Below the pieces are notes generated by a model. The model saw only the letters and a program-made list of their open reading frames with translations. It was not told the DNA's origin and did not search any database. 64,000 nt of DNA from Thermoleophilia bacterium (lineage in GTDB: Bacteria > Actinomycetota > Thermoleophilia > Gaiellales > JAICJC01): contig JAICYJ010000007.1 of NCBI GenBank assembly GCA_025934255.1, positions 2,290 to 66,289 on the forward strand, in the 5' to 3' direction. A program made the position numbers and the translations under genes. Numbering within the stretch: the stretch's first letter is position 1; every line of letters starts with the position of its first letter. Shown piece after piece: positions 9,201 through 17,390 of the stretch.

Positions 9201-10457
9201 ATGACCGCGAGCCCCCGCCCCTCCGAGTCGGAGGCCTTCCGCTTCTGGCTGAAGCTCGGATGCATCAGCTTCGGTGGGCCCGCCGGGCAGATCGCGATCA
9301 TGCACGACGAGCTGGTCGAGCGCCGCCGCTGGATCTCCGAGCGCCGCTTCCTGCACGCCCTCAACTTCTGCATGGCGCTGCCCGGCCCCGAGGCCCAGCA
9401 ACTAGCCTCCTACATCGGCTACTCGATGTACGGCGTGCGCGGCGCGATCACCGCCGGCGGCCTGTTCGTGGCGCCGTCGTTCGTGCTGCTGTGCGGGATG
9501 AGCGCGGTCTACGTCGAGTACGGCGAGGTCACCGCCATCGCCGGAGTCGTGCGCGGCCTGGGCGCGGCCGTGATCGCGCTGGTCGCTGCAGCGCTGATCC
9601 GGATCGGCGGCCGCGTGATCCACAACGCCGCCGGCCTGGTGCTGGCGGCGGCCGCCTTCGTGCTGATCGTGGCCGGCGTGCCGTTCCCGATCGTGATCGC
9701 CGCCGCCGCGCTCACCGGGTACCTCGTCGGCCGGCGCGGCCACCCCCTGCTCGGTGGTGGCGACCCGCACTCGCCCGGCGGCGGCGAGCCGGCGGAGCAG
9801 GTCGCGCCGCTCGACTCCGGCCTGCGCCGCCGCTTCCTGCTGTCGCTCGCGATCTGGCTGCTCCCGGTCGCCGCTCTGCTGCTGGCCGGCGGCTTCGTCG
9901 CGCAGCTGGCCGGGTTCTTCACCCTCGCCGCGCTGATCACGTTCGGCGGCGCCTATGCGGTGCTGCCGTTCGTGGCCAGCGCCGCCGTCAACCACTACGG
10001 CTGGTTGACCTCGCGGGACATGGTGGCGGGGCTGGCACTGGGCGAGTCGACCCCCGGCCCGCTGATCATGGTCAACACCTTCGTCGGGTTCGTCGCCGCC
10101 TACAACGTCGAGGGCGGCCTCGCCTGGGGGCTGCTGGGCGCCACCATCGTCACGCTCTGCACGTTCGTGCCCTCGTTCGTGTTCATCATCAGCGGCGCGC
10201 CCGTGATCGACCGCATCCGCCACACCGGCTCGTTCGCCCACTCACTGCAGGGCGTCACCATCGCCGTGGTCGGGGTGATCGCCGCGCTGGCCGTGTTCGT
10301 GGCGCGCCACGCGGCCTTTCCCGGAGGCGATCCCGACTGGCTGGTGATCCCGCTGGCCGCCGCCGCCTTCATCGGCGTATGGCGGTTCCGCGTGGGCGTG
10401 GTCACCACGGTGGTGGCCTGCGCGCTGGTGGGTCTGGCGGCCAGCCTCGTCGGCTGA
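9201..10457 (+). CDS. chrA: chromate ion transporter (CHR family)
   Basis: FWLKLGCISFGGPAGQIAIMHDELVERRRWISERRFLHALNFCMALPGPEAQQL is the CHR signature. The protein has two homologous halves and many TMS. Confidence 0.92.
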   Translation: MTASPRPSESEAFRFWLKLGCISFGGPAGQIAIMHDELVERRRWISERRFLHALNFCMALPGPEAQQLASYIGYSMYGVRGAITAGGLFVAPSFVLLCGMSAVYVEYGEVTAIAGVVRGLGAAVIALVAAALIRIGGRVIHNAAGLVLAAAAFVLIVAGVPFPIVIAAAALTGYLVGRRGHPLLGGGDPHSPGGGEPAEQVAPLDSGLRRRFLLSLAIWLLPVAALLLAGGFVAQLAGFFTLAALITFGGAYAVLPFVASAAVNHYGWLTSRDMVAGLALGESTPGPLIMVNTFVGFVAAYNVEGGLAWGLLGATIVTLCTFVPSFVFIISGAPVIDRIRHTGSFAHSLQGVTIAVVGVIAALAVFVARHAAFPGGDPDWLVIPLAAAAFIGVWRFRVGVVTTVVACALVGLAASLVG

Positions 10458-10463
10458 CCGGGG

Positions 10464-10769
10464 CTACGCCGCCGGCGGCGTGTTCTGCACGTCGTGCTCG
10501 GTGGCGTAGCTGTCGACCAGGTCGTTGATGGTGTCGCCGTCGGGGTAGGCGTAGTTGATCTTCACGAACGGCTCCCACTTGTCGGGCAGCGCGTCCTCGG
10601 GGAAGATCGCCTCGACCGGGCACTCCGGCTCGCAGGCGCCGCAGTCGATGCACTCCTCGGCGTCGATCACCAGCATCCGGCCGACCTCGTGGATGCAGTC
10701 CACGGGGCAGACGTCGATGCAGGACTTGTCCTTCACGTCGATGCAGGGCTCGGCGATGATGTAGGTCAC
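10464..10769 (-). CDS. fdxA: 7Fe ([3Fe-4S][4Fe-4S]) ferredoxin; possible independent internal start within the ArsR-Fdx ORF
   Basis: In-frame GTG at 10769 gives VTYIIAEPC, the usual ferredoxin N-terminus. It is preceded on the minus strand by GGGAGG with a 9-nt spacer. Confidence 0.6.
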   Translation of the reverse strand: MTYIIAEPCIDVKDKSCIDVCPVDCIHEVGRMLVIDAEECIDCGACEPECPVEAIFPEDALPDKWEPFVKINYAYPDGDTINDLVDSYATEHDVQNTPPAA

Positions 10770-11156
10770 GGTCAGGTACCTCCCGGTATCTGTGTCAGTT
10801 TCGGCAACAGCCGGCCGGCGCTCGGCGGCCTGCGCGGCGTCGGGCCGGACGTGGCGAACGGCCTCGTCCAGCAGCGTGCGGATGTGGTTGTCGTGCAGCG
10901 CGTAGATCACCCGCCGGCCGCGCCGGCGGCCGACCACCACCCCAAGTTCGCGCAGCGTGCGCAGGTGGTGGGAGACGGCCGACTGCTCGAGCTCCACGGC
11001 CGTCACCAGGTCGCCGACCGAGCAGGGCGATGCCGCCAGGCACGCCAGCAGCCGCACCCGGCTGGGCGAGGCCAGCGCCTGCATGGTGACCGCCACCCGC
11101 TCGGCCACCTCGGCGTCGAGCAGGCGGTCGGGGCAGCGGGAAGGGTGGACGCGCAC
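10464..11156 (-). CDS. ArsR/SmtB-family HTH regulator continuing in frame (no stop) into a 7Fe ferredoxin domain
   Basis: N-terminal part is ArsR-like: ALASPSRVRLLACL..VGDLV..LEQSAVSHHLRTLRELGVV. After a ~26-aa linker comes TYIIAEPCIDVKDKSCIDVCPVDCIH..IDCGACEPECPVEAIF (FdxA-type Cys pattern). It is a single uninterrupted ORF of 230 codons. Confidence 0.75.
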   Translation of the reverse strand: MRVHPSRCPDRLLDAEVAERVAVTMQALASPSRVRLLACLAASPCSVGDLVTAVELEQSAVSHHLRTLRELGVVVGRRRGRRVIYALHDNHIRTLLDEAVRHVRPDAAQAAERRPAVAETDTDTGRYLTVTYIIAEPCIDVKDKSCIDVCPVDCIHEVGRMLVIDAEECIDCGACEPECPVEAIFPEDALPDKWEPFVKINYAYPDGDTINDLVDSYATEHDVQNTPPAA

Positions 11157-11170
11157 GGCCCGATCCTAGC

Positions 11171-11186
11171 ATGAGCGATTGCTCAT
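11171..11186. promoter_or_regulatory. perfect palindrome ATGAGC-gatt-GCTCAT in the divergent ArsR-Fdx / iscA-like intergenic region (candidate operator)
   Basis: Read directly from the sequence. It lies between the divergent starts at 11156 (-) and 11217 (+) and is flanked by CTAGCA (11165-11170) and TGCTAG (11201-11206). Confidence 0.35.
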
Positions 11187-11216
11187 ATGAGAGATGCGAG
11201 TGCTAGTCTCCGACAC

Positions 11217-11585
11217 ATGATCAGCCTCACCGAATCCGCCGCCCAGAAGGTCAAGACACTGGCCGCCGAGGAGCCCGGCAGCGTGCTGCGCCTGGCCGTC
11301 GAGGGCGGGGGCTGCTCCGGCTTCCAGTACGCGATCGGATTCGACAGCGGCTCCGATCCCGGCGACCTGACGCTCGAGAGCCACGGCGTGCGGGTGGTGG
11401 TCGATCCCGTCAGCCTGCCCTACCTGGAAGGATCGGTCGTCGACTACAAGGACGGCCTGATCGGTGCCGGGTTCTCGTTCGACAACCCCAACGTGGCCGC
11501 CACCTGCGGCTGCAACTCCTCGTTCCAGGCCAAGGACGGCATCGAGGGGCCCTACAGCCCCAAGCCCGGCAACGGCTGCGCCTAG
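11217..11585 (+). CDS. HesB/IscA/ErpA-family iron-sulfur cluster insertion protein
   Basis: LRLAVEGGGCSGFQY and the C-terminal CGCNSSF motif (three conserved Cys). Start at MISLTESAAQKV. Confidence 0.88.
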   Translation: MISLTESAAQKVKTLAAEEPGSVLRLAVEGGGCSGFQYAIGFDSGSDPGDLTLESHGVRVVVDPVSLPYLEGSVVDYKDGLIGAGFSFDNPNVAATCGCNSSFQAKDGIEGPYSPKPGNGCA

Positions 11586-11594
11586 CGTCTGACG

Positions 11595-11987
11595 ATGCTG
11601 ACCGGCGGCTGTCGCTGCGGTGAGGTGCGGTTCACGGTCGCCGACGAGTTCCGCTACGCGGCCAACTGCCACTGCTCGGGCTGTCGCGCCGCCACCGGCT
11701 CGGCCTTCAAGGCGTTCGCGGGCATCGAGCGCAGCAAGCTCGAGATCACCGAGGGCCACAACAGCCTGACCGTGTTCGGTGACCCCGACGCCAACGACAC
11801 CCGCTGCCGGTCGTGCGGCTGCTTCCTGTTCTCGGTCGTGCGGGACGGGCAGTACGTGCACGTGGCGATGGGCTCGCTGATCGACGCGCCCAGCATCCGG
11901 CCCGACCACCACATCTTCGTGGGGTCGAAGGCGCCCTGGTATGAGATCACCGACGACCTGCCGCAGTTCCAGGAGTACGCGGTCTAG
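11595..11987 (+). CDS. GFA (glutathione-dependent formaldehyde-activating/CENP-V-like) family protein
   Basis: GGCRCGEVRF, CHCSGCR and CRSCGC zinc-binding Cys clusters typical of the GFA family. Confidence 0.88.
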   Translation: MLTGGCRCGEVRFTVADEFRYAANCHCSGCRAATGSAFKAFAGIERSKLEITEGHNSLTVFGDPDANDTRCRSCGCFLFSVVRDGQYVHVAMGSLIDAPSIRPDHHIFVGSKAPWYEITDDLPQFQEYAV

Positions 11988-12382
11988 CCACCGTTCTTGA
12001 ACTCCGCCACGAGACGCTGCACCCGCGCAGAGATCTCGTCGCGGATCGCGCGCACGGCCGCGGCCGGCTGCCCCGCCGGGTCGGGCAGCTCCCAGTCGAT
12101 GTAGCGCTTGCCCGGCACGTACGGGCACTCATCGCCGCAGCCCATCGTCACAACCAGGTCGGCCCACCGCATGTCGTCCATGTCCAGCGCGTGCGGCACC
12201 TTGCCGGACAGGTCGATGCCGGCCTCGGCCATCACCTCGACCACCTCGGGGTGGACCGCGGCGGCGGGCCGGCTGCCGGCCGAGCGCGCCTGGTGCCGAC
12301 CTGCCGCAGCCCGCTCGAACAGCGCCTGCGCGATCTGGGAGCGCCCCGCGTTCTGGATGCAGACGAACAGCACGTGGCTCAC
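11984..12382 (-). CDS. arsC: arsenate reductase, LMW-PTP type
   Basis: VLFVCIQNAGRSQ (C-x5-R-S P-loop) and GCGDECP. GTGA start/stop overlap with the upstream MIP gene. Confidence 0.88.
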   Translation of the reverse strand: MSHVLFVCIQNAGRSQIAQALFERAAAGRHQARSAGSRPAAAVHPEVVEVMAEAGIDLSGKVPHALDMDDMRWADLVVTMGCGDECPYVPGKRYIDWELPDPAGQPAAAVRAIRDEISARVQRLVAEFKNGG

Positions 12383-12966
12383 GCCGCGTCCCTCGCCGCC
12401 GGGCTCTGCTCGGCTACGTGCGGACGCGCCTCGGCGCGCAGGAACTGGTAGACGGCGGCGGCCACGGCGGCTCCCAGCAGCGGCGCCGCGATGTACACCC
12501 AGATGGCCGTGTCATCGCCCGCGATGGCCGGCCCGAGCGAACGGGCCGGGTTCATGGATGCGCCCGTGATAGGTCCGCCGAACATCGCGTCCAGCCCGAC
12601 CGTGCCGCCGATCGCGATCGCGGCCGCCTCGCCCACCGCGCGCGTGTCCGTGGCCACCGCCATGATCACGAACATCAGGAAGAACGTGAGCACGCTCTCC
12701 CACAGGCACGCCTGTCCGTCGGAGCCGCTGGGCGGGGTCGCTCCGACGTGCGCCACGTTTCCGGGCGAGCCGCGCAACACCAGCGCCGCCGCCAGCCCGC
12801 CCGCGTAGATCAGGACCATGATCACCAGGCCGAAGCTGATCACCACGCCGACGTGCCCGAGCGCGTGCGTCGTGGCGTCGACCATGATCGCCCCGCAGCC
12901 GGCGAACACCAGTGCGAAGGTGCCGATCAGCTCGGCCAGGGCCTGCCGCGCCAGCCCGATCGTCAC
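12379..12966 (-). CDS. MIP/aquaporin-family channel lacking the first NPA loop (195 aa); possibly non-functional
   Basis: LAELIGTFALVFAGCGA (TM1), LTFFLMFVIMAVATDTRAVG and GASMNPARSLGP (second NPA) are present. No first NPA motif exists between TM2 (VISFGLVIMVLIYAGG) and LAAALVLRG. GTGA overlap with arsN stop at 12963-12966. Confidence 0.8.
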   Translation of the reverse strand: MTIGLARQALAELIGTFALVFAGCGAIMVDATTHALGHVGVVISFGLVIMVLIYAGGLAAALVLRGSPGNVAHVGATPPSGSDGQACLWESVLTFFLMFVIMAVATDTRAVGEAAAIAIGGTVGLDAMFGGPITGASMNPARSLGPAIAGDDTAIWVYIAAPLLGAAVAAAVYQFLRAEARPHVAEQSPAARDAA

Positions 12967-13469
12967 TCGAAGCTCCCGCGCCGCTCGAGCAGCAGCACGT
13001 CTCGCCAGATGCCCTCGCGTTGCCCCAGCCGCTCGCGCAGCCCGACGGTGCGAAACCCGCAGGAGTGGTGGAGCGCGATGCTGGCCGTATTCTCGGGGAA
13101 GATGCCGGCCTGCACCGTCCAGATGCCGGCCGATTCGGCACGCGAGGTCAGCTCCGTGAGCAGCGCCCGACCGACGCCGCGGCCGCGCGCCGGCTCGGCC
13201 ACGTGGACGCTGTCCTCGGCGACACCCTGGTACGCGCAGCGGTCGGAGACCGGCGACAGCACCGCCCACCCCAGCACGGCGTCCGCGTCCACCGCGACCA
13301 GCAGGTGTCCGGGCAGGTGATCGGCCCGGAATCCCTCCCAGCTCGGCGTCTCGGTCTCGAACGACGCGTCGCCGGTGGCCAGCCCCTGCGCGTAGATCCG
13401 CTCCACCGCCGGCCAGTGCTCTGCCCGCATCTGGTCGACCAGGAGAGCGGCCGGCGTGGAGTCAGTCAT
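12963..13469 (-). CDS. arsN: GNAT N-acetyltransferase of the phosphinothricin/arsinothricin acetyltransferase (PAT/ArsN1-like) type
   Basis: WPAVERIYAQGLATGDASFETETPSWEGF.., AYQGVAEDSVHVAEPARGRGVGRALL and ENTASIALHHSCGF match the PAT-family layout. Located inside the ars operon. Confidence 0.75.
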   Translation of the reverse strand: MTDSTPAALLVDQMRAEHWPAVERIYAQGLATGDASFETETPSWEGFRADHLPGHLLVAVDADAVLGWAVLSPVSDRCAYQGVAEDSVHVAEPARGRGVGRALLTELTSRAESAGIWTVQAGIFPENTASIALHHSCGFRTVGLRERLGQREGIWRDVLLLERRGSFE

Positions 13470-13823
13470 CTAAACCGCTTTGGCCAGGGTGGCGGGCTCC
13501 ACCAGCGAGTGCAACCGCTCCATCGCCTCGGGCCGCACCCGGAAGTAGGCGAACGTGCCGCGCTTCTCGCGATCCAGCAGCCCCGCCTCGCGCAGCAGCT
13601 TCAGGTGGTAGCTGACGGTCGGCTGGGCGAGGTCGAGCTGGTCGGTGAACTCGCACACGCACACAGCCTGGCCGCGGGCGCGGAGCAGGATGTTCAGGAT
13701 CTTCACGCGGTTGCGATCGGCCAGCACCTTGAACAGCCGCTCCAGCTCGGCCGCATCCTCGTCGGACAGCGACGATCCGGCCAGCGGCGTACAGCACGCG
13801 ATCACGGGCAGGCGTTTCCTCAT
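13470..13823 (-). CDS. arsR: ArsR-family arsenite-responsive repressor
   Basis: RNRVKILNIL..AVCVCEF..LAQPTVSYHLKLLREAGLL, with an N-terminal CC pair (IACCTP). First gene of the ars operon. Confidence 0.9.
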   Translation of the reverse strand: MRKRLPVIACCTPLAGSSLSDEDAAELERLFKVLADRNRVKILNILLRARGQAVCVCEFTDQLDLAQPTVSYHLKLLREAGLLDREKRGTFAYFRVRPEAMERLHSLVEPATLAKAV

Positions 13824-13842
13824 CGATGGACTATATCGAGAA

Positions 13843-13857
13843 CGCCAAATATTGGCG
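13843..13857. promoter_or_regulatory. palindrome CGCCAA-ata-TTGGCG just upstream of arsR (candidate ArsR operator)
   Basis: Read directly; lies 20-34 nt upstream of the arsR ATG (13823, minus strand). Confidence 0.35.
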
Positions 13858-13867
13858 AGCGCGGATG

Positions 13868-14842
13868 CTAAACCGGCTTCGCCTCGGCCCGCGGGTGGGT
13901 GACCATCGCGACGCCCGAGATCACGATCGCGAGTCCGGCCGTGGCCACCGCGCCGGGCAGGTTCCCCTGCAGCGCCTCGATCACGACCGCCACCACCGGC
14001 ACGAGGAACGTCCACGAGAACACGCGCGCGCTCGACCATTGCGCCAGCGCCAGGTAGAACCCGACGTAGGTGACGATCTGCGCACCCAGCACCAGGAACA
14101 CCAGGCTCGCCCACAGCTTCGCCGACGACCAGTCGGTACCGCCGAAGCCGCCGGTCGCAGCCAGGTAGGGGAGCAGCAGGACGCCGCCGCAGAAGAACTG
14201 CGCGGTGCTCGCGCCCCACACGTCGAAGTCGGCGTCGCGCACGCTCAGGTAGCGCATGCCGAGTCCCGCGCCGGCCCAGCCGAGCGCTCCCAGCAGGCAC
14301 ACGACCGCGCCCTCGACCACGTGCGACCCGCCGCTGGACGGCTGCGACGCGACGATCACGAGGATGCCGGCGAACCCCGTGATCAGGCCGATCACGCGCA
14401 GCCGCGTCAAGCCCTCGCCCAGGAACACGCGCGCCAGCACGGCGGCGAAGAAGGGGGCGCTGTTCAGCAGCACCGACGCCACGGCGGCGCCGGCCAGCCG
14501 CGTGCCCTCGGCGATCCCGGCCAGCGTCACGGTCACGTTCCCGAAGCCGATCACGAGCGCCCAGCCCCAGCCGACCCAGGTCGACGGCAGCCGCGCGCCG
14601 ACCATCCGCAGCACCGGCAGCATCACCAGCCCGCCGACCAGGGCGCGGCAGACGGAGATCACCGCCGGGCTGGTCAGGCCGAGCGCGGCACCGGTCACCG
14701 GGTAGGCCGCGCCCGCGCAGATCACCGAGATGCCGAGCACGGCCGGAACCGGCACCCGGGTCGCGCGCGGGGCCTGGTCGACGGCGTCGTGCCGGGACGT
14801 GCTCACGGGCCGCAGCGTACAGACAGCCCCTGCGAGCGTCAT
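13868..14842 (-). CDS. EamA/DMT-superfamily transporter
   Basis: About ten hydrophobic segments in two similar halves, with LLNSAPFFAAVLARVFLGE and FLVPVVAVVIEAL blocks typical of EamA domains. Start uncertain. Confidence 0.8.
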   Translation of the reverse strand: MTLAGAVCTLRPVSTSRHDAVDQAPRATRVPVPAVLGISVICAGAAYPVTGAALGLTSPAVISVCRALVGGLVMLPVLRMVGARLPSTWVGWGWALVIGFGNVTVTLAGIAEGTRLAGAAVASVLLNSAPFFAAVLARVFLGEGLTRLRVIGLITGFAGILVIVASQPSSGGSHVVEGAVVCLLGALGWAGAGLGMRYLSVRDADFDVWGASTAQFFCGGVLLLPYLAATGGFGGTDWSSAKLWASLVFLVLGAQIVTYVGFYLALAQWSSARVFSWTFLVPVVAVVIEALQGNLPGAVATAGLAIVISGVAMVTHPRAEAKPV

Positions 14843-14855
14843 AGTCTCAGGAACG

Positions 14856-15890
14856 ATGCTTCAGTCGCCTCATCTGCGGGCCGGGCGGGTGGCGCTGGTG
14901 CGCCTACCGGTCGCGCTGGCCGCCTGCGCCGCCGCTGCCGCGATCAGGCCGGCGCCGGCCGGCGCCCACGTGAGCTCCGGGCGCATCTCGACCAGCTTCG
15001 AGGCCCGCATCGACGGGATCCGCCCGCCCGTCCCCGGCGTGACGGCGACGGTGCTGGACGGCGACCTGAAGCTGCGCATCGACGCCGCTCCCCCGCACGT
15101 GGTGACGGTGCTGGGCGTGATCCACGAGCCCTTCATCCGGATCGGGCCGGGCGGCGTGTTCGTGAGCTCCGGATCGCCGTCCGCCGAGAGCGCCGGCCTG
15201 GTCACCCAGCAGCAGATGCGGGCGGCACGCTGGATCCGCGTGTCCGGCGGGCACTCGTTCGCATGGCACGAGAACCGGCTGCGACCGGTGCCGTTCGTGT
15301 CGGGCGCCGGGCGCCGCGTGGCCGGCTGGTCGATACCGCTGCTGATCGACGGGCGCCCGGCCACCGTCAGGGGATCGGAGTGGTACGCCGCCCAGCCGCG
15401 GCGGCTGCTGTGGGCGCTGCCGGCGTTGGTGGCGGTGGTCGTCGCCGCGATCGTGCTGGCGACGCGGCGGGACCGGCTGATCTGGATGGTGGCAGCGATC
15501 GGGCTGGTGGTCGCGCTGGTGACCTGGATGACGGGATGGATCGGCGTGCTGCTCGACCAGCGGCTATCGACCTGGCCGCTCGTGGTCAGCGTGCTCTATG
15601 CGATCTCGGTGGTGCTGGTGGTGGCGGCGGCCGTCACCGCGCCCAGGCGCGCGCCGGAGCGACTGGTGGCGATGGGGGCGGTGGGGTTCCTGGTGGCGAC
15701 GTTCACGCTGCCGGCGCTGGGGGTGTTCCAGCGGGGGTTCGTGCTCTCGGCGCTACCGGCCACCGCGGCCCGCGCGTGCGTCACCCTGGCGCTTGGCTGC
15801 GGCCTGGGGGTGGCGCTGCTGGCGGGGCCGTCGCTGGTCAGCAGCCTGCGACGCACGCACTCTCCCAGCGTCCCCGCGCGAGGGGAATGA
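14856..15890 (+). CDS. membrane protein, hypothetical (secreted N-domain plus ~5 TM helices)
   Basis: Signal-like MLQSPHLRAGRVALVRLPVALAACAAAAA..AGAH, then a soluble domain and a hydrophobic C-terminal half. Start at the internal Met of track ORF 14730..15890. Confidence 0.6.
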   Translation: MLQSPHLRAGRVALVRLPVALAACAAAAAIRPAPAGAHVSSGRISTSFEARIDGIRPPVPGVTATVLDGDLKLRIDAAPPHVVTVLGVIHEPFIRIGPGGVFVSSGSPSAESAGLVTQQQMRAARWIRVSGGHSFAWHENRLRPVPFVSGAGRRVAGWSIPLLIDGRPATVRGSEWYAAQPRRLLWALPALVAVVVAAIVLATRRDRLIWMVAAIGLVVALVTWMTGWIGVLLDQRLSTWPLVVSVLYAISVVLVVAAAVTAPRRAPERLVAMGAVGFLVATFTLPALGVFQRGFVLSALPATAARACVTLALGCGLGVALLAGPSLVSSLRRTHSPSVPARGE

Positions 15891-15900
15891 CGCCGCGCGT

Positions 15901-16122
15901 TCAGACCGGCGCGGTCGGCCCCGGGTCGACCGGAGTTCCCACCGGCCGCACCAGTCCGCCGATCACGTGACACACCTCGACCGGACGCTGGTAGAACCCG
16001 GCCAGCTTCGCGGCTCGCCGGAACGCGTCCTCCTCGTCGTCGATGTCATCGCCATAGATGCACTCGGGGTGACCAGGATCGCGTAGCCGATACCAGGTGA
16101 GGCGGTTCTTCAATCCGTGCAT
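15901..16122 (-). CDS. small acidic hypothetical protein
   Basis: 73-aa ORF with a protein-like sequence (MHGLKNRLTWYRLRDPGHPECIYGDDIDDEEDAFRRAAKLAGFYQRPVE..). Confidence 0.45.
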   Translation of the reverse strand: MHGLKNRLTWYRLRDPGHPECIYGDDIDDEEDAFRRAAKLAGFYQRPVEVCHVIGGLVRPVGTPVDPGPTAPV

Positions 16123-16287
16123 GACGTGGGAACCTTCCTACACAGAAGTTAGAAGCTAACTGTGATTCTTGATCCGCGTCAATTTTCCTGCGCCGCGACC
16201 GCGTGGCGTTCGAGCTACTTGGCCTTGCGCGCCGGCTGTCGCTTCGCCACAGTACTGATCGTGGCCTCGGAAGAAGCCCCACTTCGG

Positions 16288-16809
16288 ATGACCAAGAACG
16301 GGCTCGTTGCCGACGTTGACGGCTGGTTCGTCGTCAACGCCCGCGAGTCGCGTTGGCGTGATGAGGGCCGGCTTGGCGTGTACTGCACCTTCGAGGGTAA
16401 GCGGCGGTTTCGCCAGCTCGGGATCAACGTCAATGTGCTCGAGCCTGGTCAGGCGTTGGGGATGTACCACCGCGAGGACGCGCAGGAGGGCTTCCTTGTC
16501 ATCGCCGGTGAATGCCAACTTGTAGTCGAGGGCAGGGAGCGGCGATTGACGACCTGGGACTACTTTCACTGCCCTCCCGGTACCGACCACGTGATCGTTG
16601 GCAGTGGGCGTGGTCCCGCCGTGGTGGTGGCAGTGGGAGCTCGCGGCCGTGGCGGCGTCGTGTATCCGGTATCCGATGTCGCGGCACGGTTCGGGGCGAG
16701 TGTAGAGCGCGAAACCCGGGACCCCACCGAGGCATATGCCGAGGCATACGCCGACCTTCCGAGGTCCCATTGGGTCATGTATCGCGAGGGGTGGCTGCCG
16801 GACCTATGA
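16288..16809 (+). CDS. cupin-domain protein
   Basis: GINVNVLEPGQALGMYHREDAQEGFLVIAGECQLVVEG..FHCPPGTDHVIVG matches the two cupin motifs. Start at MTKNGLV. Confidence 0.8.
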   Translation: MTKNGLVADVDGWFVVNARESRWRDEGRLGVYCTFEGKRRFRQLGINVNVLEPGQALGMYHREDAQEGFLVIAGECQLVVEGRERRLTTWDYFHCPPGTDHVIVGSGRGPAVVVAVGARGRGGVVYPVSDVAARFGASVERETRDPTEAYAEAYADLPRSHWVMYREGWLPDL

Positions 16810-17390
16810 AGTAGTGAGCAGCATGGGCAGAGGACGGTGGAACTTTCTCGTTTTCGGTTCATCCCATGTGTGGTGCAGCGGCCGACCGTTTATTGCTATC
16901 CGTAAGGTGCTACTTCGGCAGCATCGTCAGTGCGCGTAGCGGTAGTACGACATGCCGGCCGCGCCCTGCGGCGCGGAGGACGCGAGCACGACGCGCCGCT
17001 GGGCGCCGGACGTGATCGGTGCGGTGGGTATCGGGCTGGTGGTCGCGCTGGTGACCCCCAGGGATACGTCGAAGTCTTCTTGAGCGCGCTGGCTGCCCGG
17101 GGATGCTTCGATACTCCCCGGGCGCCAGACGCTTGCCGCACTAGCGCCTCAACCCCCTCAGAGTGAGCTGCCTAGGCTCATCAGGATTGTGCGCGTGCAA
17201 CTTCTATCGACACAAGTGAGAGGTACATGAGTTGCAAAGCGTGGTGGGCTATACCGGTGCACAGAATCGGTAAACGTGTTGCTGATATTCAAATCGCAGG
17301 TTCGTGCGATGCGGCATGGGGGCCCGTCGTCGAGGATCGGGCGACCGCACGGGAGTGCGGACTCTGGCCACCCTTGAAGGGAGTAGCGAA

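Noticed and set aside
10795-11172. Alternative 125-aa minus ORF that would give ArsR its own stop
   Set aside because: Its translation (Arg/Gly/Pro/Ala-rich) has no HTH. The ArsR signature is in the same frame as the ferredoxin, so the read-through architecture stands.
16927-17150. Minus-strand reading frame ending ..GAAGMSYYRYAH, considered as a small (RiPP-like) peptide gene
   Set aside because: No credible start codon or SD, no adjacent maturation enzymes, and the region lies in a stretch with generally poor coding signal.
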